NCBI RefSeq assembly: GCF_964355755.1
Contig: NC_092675.1
Coordinates: forward strand, 28,616,912 to 28,680,911
DNA length: 64,000 nucleotides
Reading direction: 5' to 3'
Source of the DNA: Antedon mediterranea
Lineage: Eukaryota > Animalia > Echinodermata
Under the pieces are notes generated by a model. The model saw nothing but the letters and a program-made list of their open reading frames with translations, had not been told where the DNA came from and searched no databases. This document shows positions 26,988 to 41,500 of this stretch, piece by piece. Made by a program: the position numbers and the translations under genes. The first letter of the stretch is position 1. Each line of letters opens with the position of its first letter.

Positions 26988-29885
26988 GAGCGGGGTTGGT
27001 GAAATCTGTCCATAATAGGTTACTTTTCTGTCCATAATAGGTTACTTTCTGTCCATAATAGGGACTAGAGGGCGCTGTTGTTTGTCCATAATAGGTGACT
27101 TTCATAATTGGCTGTCCAAAATAGGTGACTTTTTGTCCACAATAGGCAAGTTTATTGGAGTAGTGCGCCATCCATTGTGTTGTCCATAATAGGTGATTTT
27201 TTTTTTGCGTACTCGTACGTAGTAACGTACGTAGTTTATTTCGCGAGTAGAAGTAATAAATACTAATAGGAGGCCTAATTAGTATAAACATTTAAGTCTT
27301 TCTAGCCTAGGCCTAGGCTAGTCCTGTTAGTTAGGCTACCTCTATAGATAGGCATACTAGTACTACTAGCCCAGGCCTAGTCCATTTGTTATTGTCCACT
27401 AATAATAATGAAAATTTATTCAGCAACAAATAATTTAATTTGAACCTCATTTTAGGTTTGATAGTACAGACAGACATTACGCAACTTACCATACTATTGC
27501 AAGTTTAAATAAATCACCAAACCCACACATTCTTTTACAAAAATAAAAAATACCCCATAATACTCTAATACCGTAATAATATTGATAAAGTTTTATTTTT
27601 ATAAATGCATTGGTGTTTCAATGTAATTGTTGTATTTTTTTTTTCTTTGGACTTATTTTGTTTTGTTAACAGTAATAATAAAAATCAACTTTATCAATTT
27701 AATATTGAAAAAGACATCACAGTTCAGCACTTCATTTGTCATTTTAGGTCCTCCCCTATTTCAAAATTCTGGATCCACATAGCTCAATGACAAAGTCTAA
27801 AGTGGATTAACAGCAGCACATCTCATCCATTTATTATATTGTTTAATTTAATGAATCAATTTTAATGTTTAATAATAAGAAATACGACAATAAATCAAGT
27901 TTACATACACGCAGTGTACAATCAACACCTTTGTTCTGTATTCAGAACAGTTTATTCAAAATCTAAATCACATTTAAAAAATACTGAATTATATTATTTT
28001 TATAAGTGTAAAAACATGGTTAAACTACAATTTAAAAAATAGCAAGGATAAATAAAATACACCATAATTATTACGTTTATTACTATAATTATTGATCGAT
28101 GATTATGATCAAAAATAATATGTTGAAGTGATGTACTTTTTCATTTCAGCAGCATACTGTATATGAGCAGAATATCAAACATCTGTATGCCTATAATAAA
28201 AAAAAGAAGCATTTAAATACTATAATAATGTTTAAGTATTGTAACTAACTTCAATCTTAGTAATGATGAGACAAATTTTCATGTTGTATGGTGGGACACA
28301 GTTATGTTTAAATATTTTATTGCATTTAAAAAAAGATATGTATGATTGTTTTACTAAATTTAAGTTTATACCAGTTGTCAGAGTCAATTATTACCATACT
28401 CACTATATGAAAACTGATATTAAATGTTTTAAAGACAAAGGCTTTATTGAATGAATGCTTTAATAATATAACATTCAATTAAATTTTGAAATAGTTTCTG
28501 CATGAATTTTTTAGTGGATTATTTATTCTTTGTACTGTGATTGTAATGTTTATAATGAATGGAAATAAAAAGAAAATATCTACTTTTAATTTCTTAGCAA
28601 TTCAAATGAATAGTATTCAAATGAATAGAACATTTCAAATCAGAATGTTAAAAATTAATTTTCATGTATTGTCAGTTTTTCTACTACGGTACTGATAAAA
28701 TTTAGTCTGTCTCTCTGAAAATGTTTGACTAAATTGTATCCTTCTTTTCCGAAGATTACTTTTGCAAACAAATACTTTTTCTAAATAGGCTTCTTCTTGG
28801 GATTTTACAGTATCTCATATTGAAAAATGTCCTAAAAGATGTAGGTCTAGTGGGTTATATGTAAAGTATTTTTCTTCAATTGTAGGTTGGGCCTATCTGT
28901 TACTTACCCTAGTTAATAGAAATGTCCATGCTACTGTACTATAACATTGATCAGAAGATACACTGTACTCAATCTTTAATACATGCAAAAAATATGGGAA
29001 AAATTGAAATTTAAATAGATGACATAATTAATAACAGTAACAATAGCTCTGGCTCTACTATACTGCCAACCTATTAACTGTCCGAACTGTCTGGATAAGA
29101 CTCATTCATTCACAAAATAATAAAAAAAAAAAAAACATTTTAATAATAGGTCAATCTAGCAATCTAGATGTCTGTGATTTGAAGACAAACTACCAATAGG
29201 TCTAGTAGACTAGGCTAGTAGTACTAGTAGTAGCCGATTTCGGTCTTCAAAGTATAGTAGTAGTGGGCGGTGGTGGCAGTGGTATTAGTAAAAGACTGTA
29301 TAGTGACTAGTCCGCCAGAGCTGACCTGCAGTTAGGCAGTATAGTTACGAGTAGTCTGTAAAATATTCATATTAAAATAATAAAAAAACAGATAATGAGG
29401 ATAGGCCTAGTTGTTTGTAGACCTAATATGAGCCCATGGGCCATGTCATTTGTATTCCTAGTGTAGCAGGGAGGTATCCCCTGCTGTAAGCTAGGCCTAG
29501 AAAAAAAAGCTCATATTTCATCACAAATAATTATACTAATTAGGCCTCCTACTAGCTAGGCCTAGGCCTAGGTAGCCTCGAAGTCTGAAGAGAAAGCAAA
29601 TTAGTATTAACTAATATAATAATAATACTATTACTTCTACTCGCGAAAACGTACGTACGAGTACGCCAACAAAATCACCTATATTATGGACAACACAATG
29701 GATGGCGCACTACTCCAATAAACTCGCCTATTGTGGACAAAAAGTCGCCTATTTTGGACAGCCAATTATGAAAGTTACCTATTATGGACAAACAACAGCG
29801 CCCTCTAGTCCCTATTATGGACAGAAAGTCCCCTATTATGGACAGAAAAGTTACCTATTATGGACAGATTTCACCAACCCTATTG
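26988..29885. mobile_element. 2.9-kb non-autonomous element with about 250-bp TIRs
   Basis: gggttggtgaaatctgtccataatagg arms with gtccataatagg subrepeats; 7-8 bp TSD catccac(c). Confidence 0.85.
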
Positions 29886-30043
29886 CATCCACCCACATTT
29901 AATATATGTTATGTAAATGTAAATTATATATTTGATCTCTGGTGCGCGTGCGTACAACTGAGGACTAGTTGTGTTCCAGCCGTACCACGCCGAGAATGTT
30001 AAAGGGTCGTTATCCGATCGAGTTAAAGAACAATACCATGAAA

Positions 30044-30115
30044 GCCCCAGTGGTCTAATGGTTAGGGCAACTGCATATCAAGCAGACGGTCCGAGTTCGA
30101 GTCTCGGTTGGGGCG
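30044..30115 (+). tRNA. tRNA-like sequence, anticodon ATC, probably TE-borne pseudo-tRNA
   Basis: Acceptor GCCCCAG/TTGGGGC, A box TGGTCTAATGG, anticodon arm CTGC-ATATCAA-GCAG, T arm CCGAG-TTCGAGT-CTCGG, downstream T-run. Confidence 0.6.
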
Positions 30116-30225
30116 ACTTTTTCTCGTTCTCCCAGATATCCTCATCTTTATCGTTTCAAAAATTAATTAAATAATTTTCAGTGTATCACCGGGCGGTTTG
30201 GAATTTATTTCTATGCCTGTTGTGT

Positions 30226-30340
<115 letters not shown>

Positions 30341-32021
30341 AGTGAGTGGAAAAAATAAATAAACGAAACGAAACGAAACTACCTTGGCAACCGTAAACAA
30401 TTTGTCTCAGTTAAATCCTACTCTTCTTCTCATTCTAAAATTACATTACATACACAAGGATCTATACTTGGACCTTTACTATTTTTAATTTATGTTAATG
30501 ACTTACCTAATTCCTCTTCCCTCTTAAATTTTGTTCTTTTTGCTGATGACACTAACATTTTTTTTTCACACAAAAATATTACTGAACTTGTGCAAACTAC
30601 AAATAATGAATTAGTTAAGATTTCCAATTGGCTCAATTTAAATAAATTATCTTTGAATATTAATAAAACTAATTATATTTTTTTAAATTATAAAATAAAA
30701 AATATAGACTCTGTTGTTATTATAATTAATGATAGTGTAATCAAACAAGTTAATGAAACAAAATTTCTCGGTGTTATCCTAGACTCAAAGTTATCCTGGC
30801 AGTCCCATCGTAATATTATTTCAAATATCATTTCTAGAAACATTGGAATAATGAATAAACTAAAGCACTATCTCCCACAGCACATTCTTTTATCTTTATA
30901 TAACACCTTAGTTTTACCCTATATTAATTATTGTAACATATCTTGGGCTACCACAATTGATAAATTTCTTTACTTGTGTCCCTGGACGAGTCCTGAAGCA
31001 ACCAATATTGACAACATCTTTAAACTACAAAAACGTGCTATCAGGATTTGTGCAGGGTCAACCAGAATAGCTCACACCAAAAACTTATTTAATAAATTTA
31101 ATATACTTAATGTATTTGATTTACACAAATTACAAACTTATATTTTTATGTATCGTCTAAAAAATCACTCTTTACCAAATCATATTATTTCTTTATTTCC
31201 TAAACAACAACCTGATATTCACAATTACAATACAAGATTTGCTAAAACAAATATTTTATCTGAAAAGCATACATTTCATTTAAGAAGAAAATCGATTTTT
31301 TATAATGGTCCAAAACTATGGAATTTATTAAGTATTTCATTAAAATCTCTTCCTAATCTACCTTTGTTCAAATCTAACCTAAAAAAGTCTTTGGTCGCAG
31401 CATATGGCAGCTAAATCCCCTGTTCTTGTTCTTCTTGTTTCCTTTCTTCTTCGCTTAATTGAATTGAATACCTTATCATATTGTTCATCTTGTAATTGTA
31501 CTATTGTCTTAGCAATTTAAGCTTCTGTATTTTTAATGTAAGCCGGACTGCTATTGTATACCTTCATTATTTTTTTTAATTTATTTTTTTTTAAATTTTT
31601 AACCCTTTTTAACTGGTGGTCACGACTTAAAGTTGTCCGCAACTTATTTTGACCTCCATCCGCACATTTTTGATGTTTTTTTTGTTTATTGTAATTTTCT
31701 TATTTGCAATTTGTAATTTTTATCTTTTAATTTAAAATGTGTGGAGAAACTAATAAAACAAACAAAATAAACAACTCTTAGGCGACAGGCCACTCGAATC
31801 TTCAATTATGAAAAAACTATTCTTAAGTCGCCTCCCAACTAATGTACAGCTTATCCTAGCTTCAACCAAGGATGAGTTGGACCTGGGAAGCTTGACATCA
31901 TTGGCTGACAAAATTATTGAAGTATCTGTAACTGCAACTGCGCCAACATGTGTATCGGCAGTACACACGGACAATACACCCTCCTTGTCTGCGACCCTTG
32001 AAAACCTGCAAAAACAGATTC

Positions 32022-32614
32022 AACTAAAGGGTACTCCGAGAGTACAAACCTCCGCCTACTGTAAAATTCCCCTACATAAAATGGCCCCTGAATATTTTAT
32101 TTTTTTATTTTTTTTTTATTAGTTCTACCTAAGTGTATGTTAACTGCACACTACATAGTTGTGGATGACAGTGTGGTGTAATGGTTATGTATCCAGCCTG
32201 TCACAGTGGAGATCACTGGTTCAAGTCCCATTTTTTTTTTTTTTTTTTATTATTTTTTTATTTTTTTTTTTTTTTGTGGACCTTGATCTTTGACCCTGAC
32301 CCTTCAAAATTTAACCACAATTATATGATGTGTCATTGATCATTGTGGCTAAGTTTGGTGAGAATCGGATAAAAACTATGGTCTCTAGGCAGTAAAATAG
32401 TTTTTTGTTAGTTGTGACCTTGACCTATGACCTTTTCCCCTCAAATTCGAACTCGTCCGAGCTTTTGGGGCATAGATCATTGTTGCCAAATTTGGTGAGA
32501 ATCGGATAAAAACTGTGGCCTCCAGGCTGTTCACAGACACACACACAAACACACACACACACACACGCACCCCAACATACAGGGGTGAAAACATAACCTC
32601 CTTGGCGGAGGTAA
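32022..32614 (-). mobile_element. Helentron-associated non-autonomous element (HINE/DINE-1-like)
   Basis: Subterminal IR acctccgcc/ggcggaggt, terminal hairpin gtactccgagagtac, (CA)n, no TSD; contains a tRNA-Asp-like remnant at about 32170-32230. Confidence 0.75.
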
Positions 32615-32738
32615 CAACTGTCAACACAAGTTAATTCCTTGCAATCTGACCGACGGCACAACAGATATCAAAGTCGCAGCACAAGTCGACATCGAAATCG
32701 ATCGAGTGGTAGGCATTCATCTCCTGCTCAACCTGACA

Positions 32739-33825
32739 GGGTGTCACGAAAGCTCAGACCACGAAAGCTCAGACCCCCCTAAGACCTAAGATCACGAAAG
32801 CTAAGACCCAACACCTAAGATTACAAATATTTATCTTTCGCACCTGCCTTGTATTTTAACTTCCAACATTTATTCTGAATACCACACCTTAGAATTGGCA
32901 CTTTCATGAAAAAGAATCACATAAAAAGTAACAAATACATTTTTAAATTGATGATTTTACAGACGTTTTTCTCACACACAAAATGACTAGCCTACAGTAC
33001 AGTAGGCCTACCCCATGGGCCATGTTCAATGTTTTTGTTTCTATGGAACGTCAAAAGAGCAAAAATTATATAGAGGGCTGAAAACTCTGTGGAGTCCATC
33101 TACAGTGTGAATGGAACAATGTAAAATTAAAATTGTAATGATAATAGTATAATCATGCAAGTACGAAGAAATAAATACTGGCAAATAAATTTTAATTTAA
33201 AAATCATGATACGTTTTTTTGTTTCGTTTTCTTTCTGTTTTTATACTTGTACTATTATTGTTGCTCTTTTGGCGCTCCATAGAAACAAGAACATTGAGTA
33301 TGGGGAGCTCGAGGAGTTACATTGTCATTACAGTATACAAAGAAACACATCTGTAAAATCATCAATTTAAAGGATTTATTTATTTGTTATTATGTGTTTC
33401 TTCTTCTGAAAGTACTTATAAGTCCTAATTTTAAAGTGTGGTGTTCAGGATAAAGTTAGTCAACAAATTTGGAGTCAAAATACAAGAAAGGCAGGTGCGT
33501 AAGAAAAACATCCTCTGAACCAACACAATGGAGTAAATATATACCAACAAACAACCCGTCAAGTTTGTTTGTTGTAAAGAAAAAATATACATTTACTCAA
33601 CGGGCGAAAATAATGTGAGTTTATCTATGTTTTGCGGTAGTATTAAATTATATTTATGGTAATAAATGAAACCTACTGTGTTTAAAATTATGTATGGATA
33701 AACAAGTATTGTTTTTAAGCTGTAGTATATCTTAGTATTTGTAATCTTAGGTGTTGGGTCTTAGCTTTCGTGATCTTAGGTCTTAGGGGGTCTGAGCTTT
33801 CGTGGTCTGAGCTTTCGTGACACCC
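32739..33825. mobile_element. MITE with 10-bp TSD (MULE/Merlin-like)
   Basis: About 90-bp TIR gggtgtcacgaaagctcagacc; TSD caacctgaca. Confidence 0.88.
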
Positions 33826-34242
33826 CAACCTGACAGTACCAATCGCTCACCTCAACATTCAAACAACACTCGTCAACTCTGTTGGTACCATGACAAATTT
33901 GGAGTAGGCCTAAATGCTCGAAAATGCAATCCGCCGTGTTCGGAAAGTATATTTTATCTATTTATTGAGAATCCTCACTTGATTCACTTGGAATAAATTG
34001 CATAGTTTACTGTATACATTTAGTAGTTGTTTTATTTTGACGTTGCGCCGACAATTACTAAAATATCATTAATTACTTTATATCCAGAATGTAACCATGT
34101 TTCAAAATATATTGATTTTCCATTAGTTGTAATATACCTATTTTCCCACAATTGTTGTGTTTTAATTTCTTCTACATTTATTGGATGTCGACCTAAATAT
34201 TGTTGATGTGTACCACATCTTTTAACGTTTCTACATAGAAGT

Positions 34243-36827
34243 CTGGGGCGGATCCAGACATTTTTGAGAGGGGGGGCCCGTCGATAAAAAGGGCACATCA
34301 GATATTGAGTATTTGAGCCACAGCCCCCCCATGGTGGGGGTTGTGGCGAAGCGAATTTTGTTACAGGACACACTTCGATGGCCGGAAATGGCAGCCTCGC
34401 ACGCAAAATCCATGATAAATGGCACCTTTCTAGTTCGCCGGAAATGACACTTTATTAGCAGGGATAACGAGGCAAAATTAAAAGTTGTTATTTTTCAACC
34501 AATTTAAACATTATCTGTTGGTATTTTGTTTCAATATTCCAATAAAGAAAGAATTACGAAAATCTGACTTGTAGTTTTCGAAATATAGGGTCTAAAACAT
34601 TGCCGAAAATGATCGTTTTTAGCCACGAACGTTGTAAACAAATTGCGCCATTTTTCGCTAAAATAATTACATATAATTACGTTTTATAGTAATTTCTTTT
34701 ATATATCAACATTGGAAATATCAATAAAATATGTTATTAAATGTTTATAAAATATATAGAGTTGTTTATTTAACGGAATTCGTACAAATCCATTTCTCTA
34801 AATTTGTGTAGTACCGTTCAGTACAGAGAGATCACGTGACTTCTTGGTACACGCGAGAGAAAACATTCCGCTGTGGGTAATTCGCGTCCACCAATCAAAT
34901 AGCCAGAATCCAAAATCATTCAATCGTGAGCTCTGCCGATCGCGGGAAAGCTCAGCTTTGATTGGCTTACGATGACATCAAATCACAAAATGGTGGTTTT
35001 GTAGTTGAGCCTCACGTAATTTTCACAAATATTGTTTCAAAAATGAAATAAATGAACCTTCTTTATGGTATGTGTGATTTTTCTTTAAAAGATTTGAATA
35101 ATAAAGGCTTCATATCGAGAAAAAAACATTTTTTTGCACTTATAATAAATATTTCTCAGAGAAAAAAGCACATGGCTTGTAGAACTATATTATCTTGGCG
35201 TAGGAAGACAAACAAATCCCAGGTCATGAGAGGCTCAACTACAAGACCAAGGTTGAATAGTTTATTTATTTATTTGGAATTACACCTTTAGGTCGGTGGA
35301 ACACTTAGCACAAAGGTGCATCCTTCACAATATAAAATATAACAATTAACAGAAAAGTAAAAAAAAGGCAAAAGCAACTATCAACCCCTATCCTACCCCC
35401 CTCCCCCCCCCCCCAATTTACATCGATACATACAGTAGATCATTACTTTACACAATGAATACAAAACAAGATATAGTAAAAGTGTATAAAATAAAATAAA
35501 ATCAGCTGATAAACACAGCTTATTACAAAAAACCCCCAACTCCTCTCACCCCCCCCCCCCCCACTTTTTTTCAATTTACTTAATGTAGCAATGTAGATAA
35601 CATAGTTATTGAGTCATGGAATTCAGTGAATCATTTCGAAATTGCCATGCTTGTTTTAGGTATCTTTTACAAAAACTATCCAAAATATTTTCACACTCTT
35701 CATCAATTAAATTATCTGAGTATCCCAAAATATATTTAAGTTTGTCATTTTCAGGAGAAGTATAAAAAGTATCAAACATATCTTTGCTGCCATTTCTATA
35801 CATATCCACATATAAATTAAATAATTCCCGATTACGTATATTATTTACAAAGCTGGACAATTAAGGATGAAATGATGGATGTCTTCGTCCGAATTTGTAC
35901 CGCACAATTTACATTTTTTATTATTATCAATATTCCAATTTGCAGTTCTATCATTCAAAGGTAGAGTATTTGAACGAGCTTTAAATTTTAATGCAGCACC
36001 TTCAAAATTAGTTTTATCAATTAAGTAATTTTCAAGTCCAGGTTTTGATTTTAATGTTTCATAGATGTGGAGACTTGATTTATTTTGTAATTCAATTCTC
36101 CATTCATCTATCATTATATAGTTAAGTTTTCTTAAGATTTCAGAAATTGGAAAGTAGACTTCTTTATAATTTGAGAGAGTGGTGAAAATATTTTTGGATT
36201 CACAATTACACTTCAAGAGAATATCGTTTATACAAGATAAGATAGTGTATCGATGATTTTTGAGTAAACAATCTACCGCGTATGGTCGTACGCGCTAGAT
36301 AGTACGATATTTTAACTACATTTTTTACATGTTTGGTTGGATGTAATGGAAATAAAAAATAGTTGATCTGATGGAATGATATGTAAATAAACAAATACTC
36401 AAAGGAATTATGTTTACAGTTCAATTAGTTTCAGAATAATAATACATAAAAATGTGTTTACCAATGGACAAATAATCGCGTCAATGACATAGCGCGCATG
36501 GTAACGTACGCGGAGTTGAATCGTAAAAAGTTTACATGCGCCCTCTGTAGTATGTGAAACGATCTATTTTTAGAAGTTTAAGTAGAGATCATCTCGCGTC
36601 ACCACCTCTCACGATGCTCTTTGATCGGCCGCCGTAACTTAACATCGCGCTCATTGTGATAAATTTCTGTTTTTATTTTTGGGGTTAGTGTAGCCTACTC
36701 TGTGCATACTAATATACACACAAATATGTCACACGAATAAAATATTGAACCTCTAAAAAAAGGGCACCCTTAAAATTTAGGGGGAGGGGTCCGGACCCCG
36801 TGGACCCCCCCTCTGGATCCGCCCCAG
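34243..36827. mobile_element. Non-autonomous TIR element (ctggggcggatccag) with nested fragments
   Basis: Perfect 15-bp TIR; duplicated target gaagt (or gaagtctg); removing it restores the L1 frame LSDFYVETLK. Confidence 0.8.
35260..36216 (-). mobile_element. 3' fragment of a non-LTR retrotransposon
   Basis: FKARSNTLPL..CKLCG..EDIHHFILNCP C-terminal motif and (aaat)n tail. Confidence 0.75.
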
Positions 36828-38339
36828 GAAGTCTGATAAACCTCTTAATATGTGTTCTTCTAAATTGAGTAGGCTTGCATTTACAGTATATTCAATGGGA
36901 TACATATAATAGAGTGGTATGCACTTCCATTTACCGGAGTCTGGACTTAGAAGCCTTTTGACCCAATTTAAGATTTTACCATTGACTTAACATTAATCAT
37001 ATTAAGACCACCTTCACACACTTGCTTTATGAGTGTTGTTCTTTTAATTTTTTCTTTTTTCTTTCCCCAAAGAAAACTATATATTATTTTTTCTACTTTG
37101 GGATAGATGTAGTGTGGAACATTTATTATACTCTTGCATTATATACAATTTTTGAAATGGCAAGTGTCTTAATGATTGTAATTTTACCAAAGAATGTGAG
37201 GTTTCTTTTCTCCAACAACTTTAATACATTTTCTAAGTTAACAATCTTATTGTCCCAGTTCATTACATTTATCTTTATTGTAGCCTACATAAATTCCCAA
37301 AAATGTTACTGGTTCAATTGTCCATGTTATGTTACATGGTTTTAAACAACTATTTTTATTTGATCCAATCTGTAGTGTTTACGTAGTTATTTATGTAAAT
37401 AGCCTACTTGGTCTGCGAGTTGTTTTATTTGCATATTGGTCTACAGCTGGCCAGTTCTTTATAATAACGGGGTATACAATGACACGGGGACAATAGCGTT
37501 GGTTATAAGATGCGAGACATGCTAGTTAGCCGCCTACTGCACACGTTTGTTATATTATATGAATGTGGATACAAATAAAAGCACTTGACTTGAATACTGT
37601 TTTTATTCGGGGTACCCGAGTCTAGGACTTACTCATTTTCTCCTCTTCCTCCATCTGGACACTATTGAGTAAAAAGTTCGATTTTTAAAGTACTACTCCT
37701 CCCTTATTTGTTGTAGTATTGAGCTGGGATTTCGCATGAATATACTAAAGGCACATGTCCTCAAAGCTATAGCGCCGGATTTTTTATTTTCACACCGGAT
37801 GCAGCCATATGACGTCTCAAAGATGGTACCATATAGCCGTATTTGGTAGGTTATTGATGTGTATGTGACGTCACATCCTGTCTTATGACGTCATTACAGC
37901 TTCATTTGCTGTACACCGAGTATTGCACATTCGTGCTTATTTGTTAATAATTAATTTGTTTAATTAAGAAGCCACAATGTGTGATACACACCACACGCAG
38001 AAGGTCCCGGTTCGAGACCGGGCGAAACCTTTTTGTTTAAACTTTATGGTAAAAAGTACTGTATACGCAATATGATATACAGTATCTTTTTTAAATACTT
38101 ATTTTGTGTAATCGGTAATTATCACTTTTACACATGTTTATTTTGCTTTGTGCTTATTACTCTATTTATTTGTAATTTAAATGGATTAAAAAACTGTGTG
38201 TAACCCACATTTTTGGTGTAAGCCCTGGCGAAACCTATTTTTCTTAAACTTTATGGTGAAATATACTGTATACGTAATATGATATCAGCTCCCAAGAATA
38301 TTTTATATATCTTACTCCGAAAATTGAATTTCAAAATTT

Positions 38340-38471
38340 GCTGAACGTCGCCTGCTGTTATCACATACTTACACACATTCTGCCAGCTGCTTCCTGCTGT
38401 TATCACATACTTACACACATTCTGCCAGCTGCTTCCTGCTGTTATCACATACTTACACACATTCTGCCAGC
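38340..38471. repeat. 42-bp tandem repeat, three copies
   Basis: cctgctgttatcacatacttacacacattctgccagctgctt. Confidence 0.9.
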
Positions 38472-38539
38472 TACTTTAGTTGAAAACTTTATCAAGACTA
38501 AAACAGACATAGAATATAACAAAGCGTAATATCACACTA

Positions 38540-41500
38540 TGCCTCGTTCAAAAGCGCAAAGCTCATTTGAAAGAGGCGAGATCATCAAAGTATGGACAAC
38601 GGGAAACTCACGAAACCTCTCAATGCTCTACCGACTGCAGTAAGAAGAATACTGACTTAGTTGATGCAAATGTCACGGATATAGAAAGTCGATACATTTT
38701 CTCACCTCCTACTTTTAATTGGCAGGAAAGACAATGTCGTAGTCTGAATTTAGAGGTTGCTGTGCATCTAGTCCATTATGACGGTATAGAACGGACCTTG
38801 ACAAGTTCATTCAAGAAAAGAAACATATATCCAGATGGAAATTGGTTTTTTTAGCTTTGTCTTATGTAATTTTCGGAAATGAGTATATGCACGGGTTCCT
38901 CCGAGCTGCAGTGATTACTCACTTACACCAAACACAGAAACGACGCATCTGAAAAATTCGAGTTCAATGGTAATATAGATTCGCGTGAAAAGGCATTTCG
39001 TGAACATCTGGACAATTCCTCGCAATAACTGGTGCCGATAGTGTCCACTAGGCTACGATGCTAGAGGTAATTGCAGCTGCATCATTATTGGAAACGGATA
39101 TTTACGTCTATCAAAATCTCAATGCAAACACTACCGAACTAACCTGGGGCTGGCAGAGATATGCTGCTACTGCACTCTATGATTTTGGGTTGGAACAAGA
39201 ACGAGAGAATTGTTCCATATATTTAGTAAATTCAAGCAATGTGCATTTTGATGTAGTCGTTGAATTTGAAACTGAGGAACCCGAACAGTCAACTTGCGAA
39301 CAACCGGCTACTGATCAACCATCTCCAGATACATCAGTTCCCGAACAACCAGCTCCTGATCAACCATCTACAGACACAAAGGTTCCATCAGAGTCCATAT
39401 GTAAGGGTTGTGGCAAGTCTTTCAAGCGTCTTAAAGGTCACTTGGCAAAGAAAATGACGTGTAGAAAAATGTATCCAGATGATTACACTTCTAATAATAG
39501 ACGCGGATATAAACAGAAGCATGAAACAGAGCGACTTATGAATGAAAGCGATGAAAATCGTTCTAAGAGGCTAGGAGATTCAAAAGTTATTACGAATCTC
39601 ATCGAGATGATATCAGCGTTAAGAAGAAAAGTTATCACGAATCTCATCGAGATGATATCAGCGCTAAGAAGAAAAGTTATCACAAAACTCATTGAGATGA
39701 TATCAACGCTAAGAAGAAAGGTCATTACGAATCTCATCGTGATGGAAAAAAAAAGAGAAGTGTGTGAAACGATACACAAATAAAAAACATAGTAACACCG
39801 AGAACGATCGATTGAGCAAATTTCTAGAACATGTACGTTATGGTCCAATATACCCATGCATAGTTTGTCATCGGATGTTGTATAAATATGGTGTAACGGA
39901 AATTACCGAAAAGTTACGAACGAAAATGAACACGAACAACGCATATGAACTATACGTCATCAAAGCAGAATTGCTAACTACCGATAAAACAAAATACGTT
40001 TGTCATACATGTAAAGGTTACTTGGTGAAAGGTAAAATGTCACCTATGTGTGTGAGAAACGGCTTGAATCTTGATCCTATTCCACCAGATCTAGAGCTGT
40101 CTGAACTTGGTAGAGTACTCTTAGCTAGATCTATTTTATTCCTAAAATTACGTGTTCTACCGTCTAGTGGATGGTCAGCAATGAAAGACCGGGTCATTTA
40201 TGTACCTATAACTGATGATGATATATTGAATACTATGTCACAATTAACGAGTTTACCACGACTGCCAGATGATGCTGGTTTGATTCCAGTGTAACTCAAG
40301 CGACAGATAGAGAAACAGCCTTATGTGTTAAATGCATATATTGATCCGAAGAAGCTAATACCGTACAAGCTATAATGATACTTAAAGAGCTGGGACATCC
40401 TGGGTACACTGATGTCAGATCAACGAATTCTATCACGCACAAATCAAACAGGAGGTGGCTAATGATCCAGACGAAGAAGAAGATTCTCCCATAGATGAAA
40501 TAGTCAACGATGATGATGTAAATATCAAAACTAATGAGAATAATGATAGTAATGATAGAAGTGATACTAAAGAAACCAATGAAAATGAAGAAGACGGAAG
40601 AACTCGTTATCAAAGCTGTAATAATCTTTCCACGGTGATGTCAGACGATCATGCAGAAATACATCTAGTTTGTCCGGAGAGAGAAAAGAATCGGTCTGAT
40701 ACAGATAGCCTTTCTGTCGCACCTGGACAAGGTAAAACACCAACTAATTTCATGAGAGATGACAGTTGCGATATAAATTCATTTTCAACATTGTATCCCA
40801 CTGGTCGGTATGGTTTACTTACTTGCGTGCTATCAAATTGGCTCCTTGGAAGTTTTTCTGTCAAAGACTTTATAATGTAGACAGACGATTCATTTCTAGT
40901 GATGCATTCACTTTCGCTTCCTTATATTATCTCGAACGACACTCTATTGAAAATCAAATCAGTGTCAGTTACTTGAAGGGAAATGTCAATTCATCGCGGG
41001 AATTGCAAAATGTGGAGGACGCGTATACTGTTCTTGACCAACGTTTCTTTTCTTTTTCACACTGTCCTGTGCTGATACACGATGGCCAGAAAACATCACG
41101 TCTATCCTTTTACGGAACCATGACATCAGTTACCAAATGGAAGATGGGATCGAAACTATATATGTTGATGGTGAACCACTAGAGTATACGGAAGAAGGAA
41201 GAATAAAAATAGACAACTTGCGCAAGTTACTTCAAGAAAACACGGATATAGTGGCACGTAATTTCAACCAAAGAGTGAAGGCATTTATCAAAAACATAAT
41301 GATGGGTACAAACAGTCCTATGCATATTGAATCCTATAACTACAGGGTAGAGTTTCAAAAACGGGGTGCTGGACACATTCATGGAGTCTGTTGGCCAACT
41401 TTTGAGAAACTAGAAGAAGATTTTCCAGGAATTACATCATCATTGATTCCCTGCGGCAGAACAAGCATCTCTCTGATACTCAAAAAGATGTGACAGTAAA

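Noticed and set aside
27000-27200. CRISPR-like short repeats (also 20456-20640, 38340-38471 and 57963-58717)
   Set aside because: No unique spacers, no cas genes and a eukaryotic context; these are TE subterminal or tandem repeats
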